Shown piece by piece: positions 51,718 through 64,000 of a stretch of 64,000 nt of DNA. Each line of letters begins with the position of its first letter. Position 1 is the stretch's first letter. The translations under genes and the position numbers were made by a program. The DNA is from Psammoneis japonica (taxonomy: Eukaryota), in contig QPGO01000143.1 of NCBI GenBank assembly GCA_008632985.1, positions 1 to 64,000 of the forward strand, written 5' to 3'. The notes below the pieces were generated by a model that saw only the letters and a list, made by a program, of their open reading frames with translations, had not been told where the DNA came from and did not search any database.

Positions 51718-54700
51718 ATGTTTCAGGCACCACATTTTGACCACGACCACGGGGAGGAGAGGCCACAAGTTCCACCGCATCCTTCTCGTATCTCCACCAA
51801 GGATGGAAGCAAGGAGTGTGCTTCTCTCACCGTCGTGGCTTCTGCAGCCATTTCAACAGGTCTCGCGACTCCCGATGAGAAGGGAATGAAGAAGCACGAC
51901 AAAGATGCCTGTGCTTCTCGCATCCCGCCTGCGATCGGTGCCGTGGCCGTCCGAGGAATGAATTGTTCCACAAGCCTTCCTTCTCTTGGGGATTCCTATG
52001 ATGTCGAAAGCGGCTTTGCAGCTGCTTCACAAGGGACCGGACAAGAGCCTGATCGCTCAAATCAGGAACAGCCACTCAAGCTTTCCGCTCAGTTGGTCGA
52101 TGCGGATAGAGAGGCGAAGATTGTGGAAGAGCAAGTCGATCGGCGTCTAGAAGAAGAGCGCAAGAAAGCGATCATCATTCAGGCTGTACCAGAACGGTTT
52201 TGGAACAGACGACTTGCTTTGGCCTTGTTGGTGGGACTCCTTGCCATCATTGCAGCAATCGTGTTGGGAGTTACACTCTCTCAGAACAAATCGTCAGGCC
52301 CTCCACCGGCGCCTGTGCCCCCAGAAGAGGAAATCAAGGCTGTTCTTTCCGATGTTTCTTTCGATGGAGGAGAGAACATGGCTACGGTCGGCACGGCACA
52401 GAACCTGGCATTCAATTGGCTTGCCAATGATACCTTTCAAGGCTATCACACCGATGAGAAGTTGATCCAAAGATACTCTCTTGCAACTCTCTACTACAGT
52501 ACCAACGGCCAAAGCTGGACAAATAACAGCGGGTGGCTAGATGGCGATGATGAGTGTGACAGATGGTTTCAATCCGTTGGTGGAATCAATTGTGACAAAA
52601 ACGGTTCTATTTTGGGCCTTGACCTAGGAAGCAACAACCTTCACGGTACGATCCCTCCCGAGATCGGGTTGTTGAGTACATTAGGTATGCATGAAGTTGA
52701 CTATATGTGCCGTGAATACTTCGACCCAAGCTCACCCATTTCTTCTACCGGCATGATACCAAAGAGGTATTGGGCATGTCACAGTCGGCTTTAAACGGGT
52801 CGTTTCCCACAGCGGTTGTATTTCTGTCATCTTTGGGTAAGCAGGTTGCGTAGGCACGCCTCTTTTTGTTTCCTTCATGACTCTCACTTTTTGTCCCGTC
52901 AGAGCTACTAAATTTGCACGCCACTGGACTTACCGGAACAATTCCAGAAAGCTTGGCCAACGTTACAAGTTTGAGTGAGTCGTCTTATACTTTGTACCCA
53001 TCGTGGTCAACATTGCATCGTTTCTTATCTCACAGACTTTCATTTTCTTCAAAGAATCGTTGAATTTAGCCGAGAATGAGCTGGAGGGTACATTTGTGGA
53101 GAAAATTGGTGTACTGACGAGCTTGAGTGAGTTTTACGCGCGTGTGACTTTTGTTGGTCGCCCTTTCTAATGGTATTGACCTGTCCTTGCCGATTGCATC
53201 AAGATGACCTATACATCCACAATAACATGCTTAGCGGAACAATTCCAGATGGTATCTCTGACCTTACGCATATGAGTAAGTTGTGCCGGCCATTCACGAT
53301 TTTGCGCCACTTTTGTTACTTTTCTAAATGCTTTTTTTTTTTGTAATAGAGCACATCAATGCGCGTGACAACAAGTTGGAAGGTTCCATTCCAACGGAAA
53401 TCGGCCAAATGACACTAATGGGTAAGTTTACAGAATCATTACACAAGATTGTGATTTACAATGGGTCTATTTTCTCATCATGCCTGTTGTACAGTCGAAC
53501 TCCAGCTCTCCAGAAACGAATTGGAAGGAACCATCCCGCGCGAGATTGTCAAGCTTACGTTACTAAGTCGTTTCATCCTTTCAAACAACAAGATAAGGGG
53601 CGCTATCCCGTCTGGAATCGGAAGCATGAGCCTATTGAGTACGTACCAGTGCGGACTTCTCTGATGTTTAATTATGAAAGCATATACAGCCTCATTCGAA
53701 TGTTTTAATGGCGGACAGAATCCATGCGTTTTTATGATAACGAGCTAACTGGACCAATACCGAATGAAATGAGAAGTTGTCACACCTTGGTACGTCTTAT
53801 ACGTGTAGTAGCATTCAGATGATGGTAGAGTTAATTCGTGAATTTCACACGTTGCGCATTTGCTCTGTCAGAGAACATGCAGCTCGGAAGTAATCGGCTG
53901 AATGGGACTCTCCCGAGCGGAATCACCACTCTGAAGAGACTAGGTATGCCATTTGTTGCACTTTGCTATCCTTCCTGTGGCAAAACACTAATCCCTTTCT
54001 CGATTCTTTTTTATAGAGGAACTCGCTCTTTACCAAAACCAGTTCACAGGCACGATCCCTCCAAAGATTAGCCAACTTACGCTTTTAAGTAAGTGTTTCG
54101 TGTCTTTTGATTGCCCAACACGCTTCCGCCCCCCTAGAGACTGACTCTTGAGCGTCTTTTTCTACCCGTACTGAATACCGGTAGAACATCTTGATTTACG
54201 GCAAAATTATCTCTCTGGTAGTATCCCACCCGACATTGGAAATCTGCTCAATCTGGGTAAGTACATAGGTTGTAGCCTGCGCCCGACATCTTGAAACTTG
54301 AACCATAACATTTTTTTGTGAATGTATCAGAGGCCCTGCATCTTCGGCAGAATCTACTGACTAGCTCCATTCCGAGCACGATATCTAAGCTCACGCTTTT
54401 ACGAGGTATGAATTGGTACAGCAACTCGCTCACAGGAAGCCTACCTTCTGAGATGGGTCGCCTGACGCTGTTGGAGGAAATTGAGGTTAGAGAGAATCGC
54501 TTGAATTCAACCATTCCTACCGAAATTTTCAAGCTGACAAACTTGAAATATCTGAGTTTACGCATGAACAAATTCAGCGGCACTATTCCGACGAGTGTTG
54601 GTCTCTTAACCAATTTGCAAATGCTGCAGTTGACGAGGACTGCAATCAACGGCACCATCCCGGCTGAGATTTCAATGCTGACGAAGCTTACCGATCTCAA

Positions 54701-55394
54701 CGTTATGAACTGCAAAATGACTGGCACAATTCCAAGTGGAGTCTACGAATTATCGAGACTTAAAGCTTTTGCCTTAGGTAACGATGGCTTTATAGGCAAC
54801 AGGTTGCAGGGCAGTATTGCCTCTTCCTTGGGCGGCTTGACCGATTTGAGTAAGTTGGATGCAGGTACGTTGACTACCGTATCCAGAGCGTTGCTCTCAC
54901 TCTTTATGTTTTTCTGGTCGTGCCACAGTCTATCTGCAACTTCAAAACACAGGGCTCACTGGAACGATCCCAACGGAGATTGGAAACTTAGAAAAAGTGG
55001 GTAAGTTTTAGTTGTAGGACTGTGATGCACTGTGCCTCATTTTCAGATGCTCATCTAACACATGACGAACTATGCTGAAGAACTCATTTGGCTTGAGAAA
55101 AACATGCTGAATGGCACAATCCCGTCGGCCATCAACAACTTGGAGACCTTAGGTAAGTTATCTTTTTTAAGTTCATAGTTGACTTTCTGCCTTGCCGCAT
55201 TTCTCACCTTCTATCATTTTGTAGATGAGTTGCGCCTGTATGACAATCTCTTTGAAGGCAGCTTTTCGTGCTCGCCCCGAATTGAGGTGTGCTTCATATC
55301 GTGCGATGATGGACTCGATCCTTCTTGTAGCTCTCTCGAAGGCAATCCAGATCCAATCGGAAATGTTACACGACGCAAAAAGCAACGAGCATAA
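51718..55394 (+). CDS. Membrane-anchored leucine-rich-repeat protein, multi-exon
   Basis: TM segment LALALLVGLLAIIAAIVLGV; LIQRYSLATLYYSTNGQSW...GWL...ECDRW cap; many LxLxxNxLxGTIPxEIG repeats separated by ~80-100 nt GT-AG introns. Confidence 0.9.
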
Positions 55395-55569
55395 GACCAG
55401 GACAAATGCCCCGAGTTCTCGTCGCTCTCGATGAGAGAGGCGAGCCTTTTGCATGACTTAGAAACCGGGGTTACACACATGCATGTGCATAGTTTCTTCA
55501 TTAACAGTGTGTCTTTAATTAAGCAGATTACTTTTCTACATGTGTGTTAAGGTGTTGCATGGTTAAAGG

Positions 55570-57410
55570 CAAGAGAAGCCAGATAAAGTGGACAACATCT
55601 GCAGCTCTGCCTCAGTGGGCACACACTGGCTAGAGAGCAGTGGACATTGTGTTGGCTGCTCTCTGGAGGGAGGACCGCAACCGCACCAGCATGGGAAAAA
55701 ATGCAATTGGTCCAAGCAAGAATTAAGGAGAAACACAATGCATTCAACATCAAGCTGCAGCCATTGGTGGTCATCGGGAGGTGCAACTGGGTCATCATGC
55801 AATGCCACCCATTTCCCCCGGCAAGAAAAAGAAGATAGATGCAGTGCTTGCAGAAAGCCCAAAGCATGCTGCCCACAACTGTTCAAGCCTCTGCAAGAGT
55901 GAGAGAGCCACCTTGTCTTGGGTTGTTCAAAGCACAAGTGAGTGCTGCTGATGCTGTTGCTGCTGTGCAAGCAGCCCATGACATGCTGCCGTGGGCTGCC
56001 AACACACCAACTTGAAGACTTGCACAGCAACTCTCCAGGCCACAAGGTCACCTTGTTGGGCTTGGGCAAAGAGACTTCAGGGCAACCTTGGGAACAAGAC
56101 CATGAGGTGATGTTTTCCACTGCTGGCAAGATTGGCCATGCCAAGTGGCAAAAGATTGCTTGGGCATTGGATGTTCAGATGACTCATTTTTGTGCTCAGC
56201 AGCCCCAACTTGCAGTGGGTGGTGATGGAAATGAAGGCTGGGTGCATTGTGGCAAGTTCTGAGTGTCATTTTCCAAGCATGAGTGCAGCAAGCAAAAGGA
56301 GGCAGAGTCCAAGAAGTGAGAGGCTGGCATTGCTGCGGGTGCATTGTGGGGTGCTTTGAACAAAAGAAGCCAAAGGCAGGGCTGCCAAAAGAGTTGTCTG
56401 TTCTGTTTGGGTGAACACTGGCAGAGAGACTCTGTCATTGAATGAGGCAAACGAGGCTCATGTGCCATGCAATGGTGTGCTGGCAACTTTTTTCATGCAT
56501 TGGGTGCCTTGCAATGGTGGAGTGTGATGTTTTTGGACCTGTGGGATTCTCACAACAATGACATCCTTGGCCATGACTCTGATGCTGGGAAATTTTCTCA
56601 ATGGCATGATCATGCTGAGGTGGAGCTCAAGGCCAGTCATTTCTAAGACAACAGCCACAGTTGCCAAATTCTGCTAAGAAGCATCTTGTTCATTCCACCC
56701 ATCATCTGTGCAATTGGTTGGCTGTGATCAAGCCCACACTTGGGTCCATGATCCATGACACTCAATGTTTTGCTGCCAGAGGCACACAAGCCATTGCCAC
56801 TGATTGTCTCAGCATGGCATCACCAGATGGCAGTGCCAATTCTGGCCAATTGTCATGTGCTCCTGCCACACAAGCTGTGTGCTGGGGGTGTGAGCCAGCT
56901 TGTTGCCAGGATCACACAGGGTGGAAGTGCAGCAGCTACATTGATCCCAGATTTTGGGTTTTGCTTTTGGTGTCTGCAACCTCTGCAATTGCCTCTGCAC
57001 TGATGCCATGATTTTTGTTGGCTGTCAACACTTTTTGTCACCAATGGCTGCAGCCTGCCACTGTGAGTGGAACAAAGCAAGCGCCAGAGTGACCATTGGT
57101 GAAGAGGCTTTGTTGCTCTGCAAGCTGTCTTTTTTGCAATGACCCCAGTGGAGTTCTGTGCTGCTTGCCAGAATTTTCAATAAATTGGTGACAACTGTTG
57201 ACTTTTTGCTCTGAACAATGCCACAAAGAATGAGCTCAAGCCCCCCACAGAAGAGCTGTCAAGCCATTTTCATGCAGCTGCATCAACAAGATGCTTGCAG
57301 ATCACATCAGCTTGACAGTTGTTTGTGGTTGACAATTGCCAAAGTTAAAACTCTTCCATGTGTTGCAGAATGAGTTGCACATGCAACACACAATGGCATG
57401 GTAGCCTGGG
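55570..57410. mobile_element. TpA/CpG-depleted degenerate insert between convergent genes
   Basis: Sharp compositional boundaries; no recognisable domain. Confidence 0.45.
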
Positions 57411-57529
57411 GCCTCAATGACAAATGGCGAAGGGATGATTGAGGCAATGACCACAACCAAAAGTCAGAAATCTACGCCACCAGTGCGTCGGCCAAACGGC
57501 AATCATGTCGCGCTCCGAATCCCTTGCGA

Positions 57530-57880
57530 TGAAAGTTGACCAGATGCCAAGGAGTACAGAGCATAATTTTCTAACATCCGTTACGCCAAAAACAACAGGA
57601 ACAACCGGATCTCTATGAAGCTGGGTCCCCGGTTTGATTTCAATCCCCAAAAGAAGCGACGTGGGATCCGAATGCTCATTGGAGTCGTAGTCACAGACAA
57701 AGAACGAGTTGAAGCAGAGTAAGTTGACCAGATGCCAAGGAGTAAAGAAGATAAATTTTCAGAAGTCCGTAATGACTAAATGACAGAAGCAACTGGGTCT
57801 CTATGAAGTTTGTTCCCCGGTCTGATTTTCAAACCCCAAAAGAAACGACATCTGATCCGAAAGTTCATTGTAGTCGCCTG
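57530..57880. repeat. Diverged tandem duplication (~190 bp period) of the SNF2 gene 3' end
   Basis: agttgaccagatgccaaggagta...ctctatgaag...gattttcaa.ccccaaaagaa.cgac occurs twice. Confidence 0.8.
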
Positions 57881-60800
57881 AGCTTCTCCTATTTTCCTCT
57901 TCGGCTTCACCTTCGTCATCCGAGGCATCTAACGAAAGCGATTTGTATATGAGATGCGGATCCAGCTCAGAAGTCTTTGTGGCTGCTGCACTACCATTTT
58001 CGTCTCCAACTGCGGCCTTTCGTCGCCATTCAAGCAGTCTTGACTCCACCGACACAGGAGTAAAGTAGCATTTGCAATGTACCGCTTTCGTCTGTCCATA
58101 CCGATGGCATCGAGCATATGCCTGTTGCTCCTCCTCGTATCTCTCAAAGGGTTCCATCAAGAACATTTTACAAGCTGCTGTCAGTGTCAATCCACTGGCG
58201 GCTGCTCCTGATTGAACAAGAAGAACAGGAAAAGGTATCAATTCATTGCCGGCCGAGCTTGAGTGCCAGGCAGATAAAGCATTTTCCGATTCTGTCGTTC
58301 GCTGACCGGTGAATAGTGCACGGCATCCAATACCCTCGTTGTAAAGTACACACTGAAGGTGCTTGATCGTCGCCTTTTGACTTGAAAACACAACGCTACG
58401 TTCGTCTCTGGGAAGATCTTTCAGCAATGCCTTGATTTTTGACGACAAATGCTGATCAGAACCCAGTGTTGGAGAATCCTTTGGCCCACAATGCACAGGC
58501 ATCCCGGTAGCAGATCGAAAGTGAGCGAGCACATCTCTTGGAATGGATGTCACTCTTGAATCGAGAGACGCGTCAACCCCATCCGGGACATCTATCGACA
58601 GAAAGAGCTGCTCCCACATGCGTTCATCCAGTTGTCCAGCGGATGTCTTCAGCATTCGTGATGCCTCTTCGACAAGGCGCTTTGCGTTCTGGCGGCGCTC
58701 AAGGACAGCCTCCGGGCTTTCTCTTAACGAAGGGTCGACATGAACGACATCCCTTGCGTACTCAAAGCGACCACGGCACGTTGGGCATTGTGGACTCGAA
58801 TGAAAATATCGAGAACCAGAGTCCCGCACGTGCAAGCAAAGGCACTGCTTGCAGAATAGGTGACCGCATTTTATCATACTCACCGAGGATGAATCGCCGT
58901 CATCAGCGTCGCTACTAGTTGATTCCCCTAAGCACCCCAGGCAAATGGGACAGTGCGTCTTCGTCGTGTTTCCAGTTTGCAGTGCCTGCAATGAGTCAAA
59001 GGCTGACATGGCTTGGACGTCGGGCGAAACGCCATTCTCTTTTGCACGAGACAAGCGATTGATTCTCTCTTCACTCCGAGCAGCCTCGGTGACATTTCTG
59101 TAGATGGCAGCGCCGCACTTATCAATCATGAAAGTTGTAGAGCTCAGTAAAGATTGACGAGAGGCGGGAGCAAGCGATCTGACAGATTTGATAGCAGGCG
59201 AAACAATTACACCCCCATCCGCATATTTGTGGCTGGCGTGGACAATCCGCAAGCCTGCTTGCGCCCTTTCAAGATTCTTTCTCGCTTTTGATACTTTGGA
59301 TCGATTGAAGTCAGTGGGTTGGACCTGTCAAGAATGAAGATTAAAAAGTTGAGCTCCTTTTAAAGAAAAAGTAAGCCATAGTATATCCGAGAAACTTACA
59401 GCATATGCCGCAGTGGCATCTTCGTATGCCTGTTGCTTGACGTCGATGGCATCGTCATGCTGAGGAACGTCACTATAATGAGGAAGAGCAACGCCTTGAG
59501 CTGAAGAAGCTTTTCGAAGGACGCAGTCGGAGGCTTTCTCATCAGAGAACACTAGCGTTGCTTCCCATGTCGTTGACTCCTGAGTCATCGAGGTTGCAGC
59601 GTAAACTTTGACGCGGGGAGCACTGCCGAATGCTTCAGATATGCCGCTGTCACAATTGATGTTGACATTATCCGACAATGCACGAGAAACCGCGGACAAG
59701 ACCTCGGATAAGCAAACTTCCTTTGGTATATGCTGAATCTTCAGCGGGGAATACGGATGCGCCCAAGCAAAGTCCGGGTGCTTCTGCACAAGTTCCTCTG
59801 TTACAAATGCCTGCGATGGCCGCCATCCTCGTAGTAGAAGAGAGGGAAGAGAAGGGGCCGTTTGGGTATTTGTGATCAATTCTGCCACCAAAGAACGCCA
59901 CTTCCAAAGAGTCTGAAACTTCCGCTGGACTTTACCATCTATAAATTGTCCGGTTGTTACTTTTTCAAGAGCGCTATGCCAACGCGCCTTGGCTCTTTTC
60001 TGTCTAAGAATGGTGTTTTCCGAGTCGGCCTTGGCCACGACACTCTGTGCATCTTCCAACTGTTGTTCAAATGAATCTTCTGCTCTACTCCTGCGTGCCA
60101 AGCCTTGGCCAAAACCAAGTCGTAGAAGCGCTACCTGGTCTGTTCCTGTTCGAACATTTTCTTGCAGTTGCGATAAATACCGTATTGCGTCATCGCAAGA
60201 CATGACCCTCAACTGGCGCCCACTGGATTCGTCTTGTTCCGCAGCCTCGGCTTGACGTCTAGCAAATGTAATCAGCATATGGTTCAACTTTTTCAGCTGC
60301 GATTGAACACCAATACCACCATTGACAAGGACCTGTCGAGGACGCAAAATCCAATCGTGAGCGCCTGGGCGTCGCCAAATATGATATCAAAGAGGTGACT
60401 TACTGCCGATGTACACATGTCTCCCAGCAAGCGTAAACATAGTCGACGTGAGACTTGCTCCCTTTTCGTAATACTAGTTGTGTTTCGATTGACACGTTTG
60501 AGCTCACGAGCGACGATATACTCCAAGAAGCAGTACAGTGCACGTTCCGAATCCGATTGAACAATGGGGACAAACTCGACTGTGAGTGGCTTTAAACCGA
60601 GAAGCGGCGCGCCCGTTGCACGGATTGTCATGGACTTGGATCTTCGGAGCATAAACATGTGTCCCAAAACACGCAGTGTATCAATGGCGTGAGTACTGTG
60701 TTGTAGCCAATGGTTTGTGATTGAAAATTGAAAGAAACCGTCTTCCAAGGCTGCGGAGTACGGTTCGACCTGAAGAAAGTTGAGCTCGCCTCTCAAGTCA

Positions 60801-62950
60801 TCGATGGAATCAAACAAGGGTGTTCCACTAAGCATCCACCTACGACAGGCCTGTAATTTCGCACAAGCCTTTGAAATCTTCGTGGTCGAAGAACGAATCT
60901 GCAAGCGAGGGGGGGGGCTGAAGTTAGCAAAATGGACCAAAGGAGGTCGGCTTCTTGTAAAAACGCCCGCTTTTTTGCTTACCTCTTGCATCTCATCAAG
61001 AACGATTCTACCCCAATGATGAGACGACAATTCCTGAAACGAGAAAGGTTTATCCAAGGCAGAGTACGTCGTGACAACAACATCACACTGTTTCGGTTGC
61101 ACGATCGTGTGGTCTCTGGCTTCGTAGTATCCCGTCTTGAAGTCAAAGAAACCAACAACCAATGAATCATTTTCGACTGTCTTTTCAATCTCGTCGAGCC
61201 ACTGACTTGCAAGCGCAGGAGGGACCACAATCAGTGTCGCATGCAACCCTTTGCGATTCTTTTTGACTGTTTCCAACGTAGCAAGGATGAGCCCCAGTAC
61301 TTCAATGGACTTACCAAGTCCCATTTCATCACAAAGGAGGCCACCGTGACTTGTGGGAGGTTTGGTCAATCTCAATTGTCCCAAAGCGGGAGAGTAGTAA
61401 TACTTGCCGCCATCAAGAAATTCTCGCTCCTGCCACAAAATGCTATTGATACCCATCCCACCCAAACCTTCCATTTGAACCATCCAACAAATGGCATGCT
61501 GTTGATGAAGCATGAGATTGAGTTTCAATTGTGGCACAATCACGGGAGCAATGTCCGTAGCCCAATTGGATACGTCACAACCTCGATTTTCAAACAGCTT
61601 GAGCAGTCCTGCAAACGAAAAGCCGACACTTGTTGTGAATCCCGTGTCGATTCCACCAAGGCAACGTCTTCGCTCTTTTTCTCTTCCTCCTCCTCATCAT
61701 CGCTGCCGACAGTATCTTCTTTTTCCATTACAACTCGTGGAAACGGGCTGCTGTCAAACACGGGTTCCTTGGGTATTGGTGGAAACTGCAAAGGCTGCAC
61801 AAGTCGAAACGAGTTGGGTCCAAGGCTGCCATGACGTCTCGAAGATGCTCACACGTCATGATTTCGGGAAGCAAACGATTGCAATACACACCAATCTCAA
61901 TCTTCCAACTCGTAGTTGCAGCAGTAGTATCGGAACGAGGAGAAGGCGACGATTTGCTTCTTGCCGGACGCTTTTTCGGAGGTTCTTCTGCATTAGTGTC
62001 CTCATCAACAATCCTTGTGACAATGGGATAGGCAATCAAGATGGGTTGATCATACAGACTGTCTTCGGGATTGCAAAGGTGACAGAGAGACTCTACAATA
62101 TGCTTGGTCCCAATAGGGATTCGACACAAGTCTTCACCATAGACGCAAGTTTCTGTTGGAGCATCCGGTTCTTGCAATTCTTTTTGATTTTTGATCCATT
62201 TCAACAAGACACGAATTGGAACATAAGCATCATCATTGACAGCCTGACGTGTGAGACTGCCCGTGTGGGGATCCCAATACTTGTCAACTTTACGACTTGT
62301 CTTTTTGGACCACGAGTCCATAATGGCCTGGGCTCGAATGTCAATCGTAGCTTGCGCAACAATCGTCGTCGACTGCGGACCCTTGCGTTCGAACTCTGCG
62401 AGGGCTTCCTTTTTCGCAGCAGGACGAGAAATGTTTAAGATTTTGCGTTTCATTCTACTACTTGTACTACCACCTTTTCGGCCAAACTTTTTCTTTTGTT
62501 TTGCAATTGGAGATAACAACGCAAACGGACCATTCGTTTGATCTTCTACAAGTAGTAGTGTTCGTGTAATTGTACCCAAACGTCGAAAAACATTCATGGG
62601 AAAGTAGGACTGTGCCGCACTTTTGGCGGCGTACTTGTGAAACCACAATTCCGAGTCTTGCGGATCGAGTGTGGCAAGCTCATCATTCTTCTTGTTGGAT
62701 GAATGCGGCGCAGCAACGTAGTAATCATGATGATTCTGGCTTGCTTGAACGAGGCCGCTTTCGTCGTCGTTGTTGCTGCTTGTGATGCCGACTCGTACTC
62801 CACGATTATAAACAACGTCGCTATAAATTGTGGGAGGAAAACAAGTCCAGTGCTTGGTGATTCAGGAGCCGTAGGAAACGGAACTGCGTCTTGCGTTTCG
62901 TTCTTGCGTTTTTGAGTCGTTCTAGTTTTCGTTTCGTACGTTTAGTCCTC
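57801..62950 (-). CDS. SNF2-family ATPase with RING finger (Rad5/Rad16/SHPRH-like), multi-exon; 5' end uncertain; apparent 1-nt frameshifts near 61620 and 61800
   Basis: GGLLCDEMGLGKS, ATLIVVPP, WGRIVLDEMQE, RWMLSGTP, MLRRSK; RING CPIC...CGHLFCKQC...CPTCR; SSKIKALL, GLTLTAA, QAYARCHRYGQ. Confidence 0.88.
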
Positions 62951-63794
62951 ATGATTTTGATTTACCAACAGAACGACTGATGCAAGAAGAAACAAGGTTC
63001 TAATAACCAACGAGCAATTGGTTTATCGGGCTCAGCTGCAATTCCTTACCGCTGCCCTTGGTTTGTCTCTCTGCCCAACGCCATTGGCAGCAGTGCTGGG
63101 CTGTGGTTTTCGCGCGTACTGTACTTACTAACGCGAAATTCCAAAATTTTTCGATGGACTTGCGAGTACCGGTATGGACATGCCTCCACATGCGTGACTG
63201 AAATCGAGTGAGTCACGATCACAACGCCTTCCTGCCGACGCCCGCGGCAGTGCCGGCAGTATAATTGGAAATAAGGCTACTGCCAATGTGAAATCCACCC
63301 ATCACATTAGCAGTAAAGTGTTGACTGCCAAATCCACCCATCAGTACGCAATGCATATTTATTTATTTCTGTTTGTGGAACCACCACATTGGTGCAAGAG
63401 TTCTTCGTGGCTCGCCATCACCACGGGTGCAAGTGCAAGGAGATGACAAACTCGCACATGTCTTGTGCAGAAGGGTTTAATTTGATTTCCGTGGGATTTG
63501 TAAAGTGTAGTTTGCTCCCTGTCGAATGAAATGGTGGCTCAATGGCACTGCTGTGTAATGAAGCAGTTGCGAATATAAACGCACACAATGCAAGCCTTCA
63601 AATGGCGCAAAAACAAAATGACACCGACACAGAGTGTTTTGACTATATGCAAAAACGAATCACTAAGTTATCGGTGTGGTGTGTGTGAGGGGGGTGTAAC
63701 AAAAGAGTGCAACGGTCTCAATACAACATTTCTCCTGTCGTTTCATCATTCTTCAGCAAGACTATCAAAGCACGTGGAATACTTGGCGCTTGGT

Positions 63795-64000
63795 TTATTT
63801 GAATTTGTGCTTGGATTCGCTCGGGTGAGAAGGCATCGGCATGCTAGGATGGACAGGGGCAGGGGGGGCTGGAGGAGCAGGAGGAGTAGGTTTCGAAGGC
63901 TCCGGCGCAGCGGGTGGCCCAGGAGGTCCAGGTTGACCCGGAGGTCCAGGAGGTCCAGGAGCGGCGGGAACCGCAGGGACGGCGGGAACGGCAGGGACGG
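63795..64000 (-). CDS. 3' end of a proline-rich protein with short collagen-like (GPP) repeats; truncated by the window
   Basis: Own translation: VPAVPAVPAVPAAPGPPGPPGQPGPPGPPAAPEPSKPTPPAPPAPPAP...KHKFK*, with synonymous codon variation between repeats. Confidence 0.65.
   Translation of the reverse strand, partial: VPAVPAVPAVPAAPGPPGPPGQPGPPGPPAAPEPSKPTPPAPPAPPAPVHPSMPMPSHPSESKHKFK

Noticed and set aside
37420..61810. Single-base frameshifts in Ysc84 (~37429) and SNF2 (~61620, ~61800) as programmed frameshifting
   Set aside because: More simply explained by consensus indel errors or recent pseudogenisation; needs reads.
57801..62950. SNF2-RING gene as a DNMT5-type methyltransferase or as the mutator itself
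   Set aside because: No cytosine-methyltransferase or deaminase motifs recognised; proximity alone is not evidence.

Overview
Eukaryotic genomic DNA with GT-AG introns. The gene families (DUF6824-like, 7TM GPCR, TM-LRR, Copia/Gypsy) suggest a diatom, which is an inference. Ordinary genes (FAD/BBE oxidase, GPCR, haloalkane dehalogenase, FNT transporter, Ysc84/SYLF, sulfotransferase, LRR receptor-like, SNF2-RING helicase) alternate with blocks of repeats, transposons and duplicated gene fragments. The main signal is that these blocks are almost devoid of TpA. Paired copies inside the window (LTR pairs, duplicated genes) show directional TA->TG and TA->CA transitions, i.e. A>G at TpA on both strands, turning Tyr into Cys/His. 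In older domains CpG->TpG/CpA is added. This looks like a RIP-like, adenine-directed, domain-restricted hypermutation system distinct from fungal C>T RIP. No enzyme responsible can be identified in this window.
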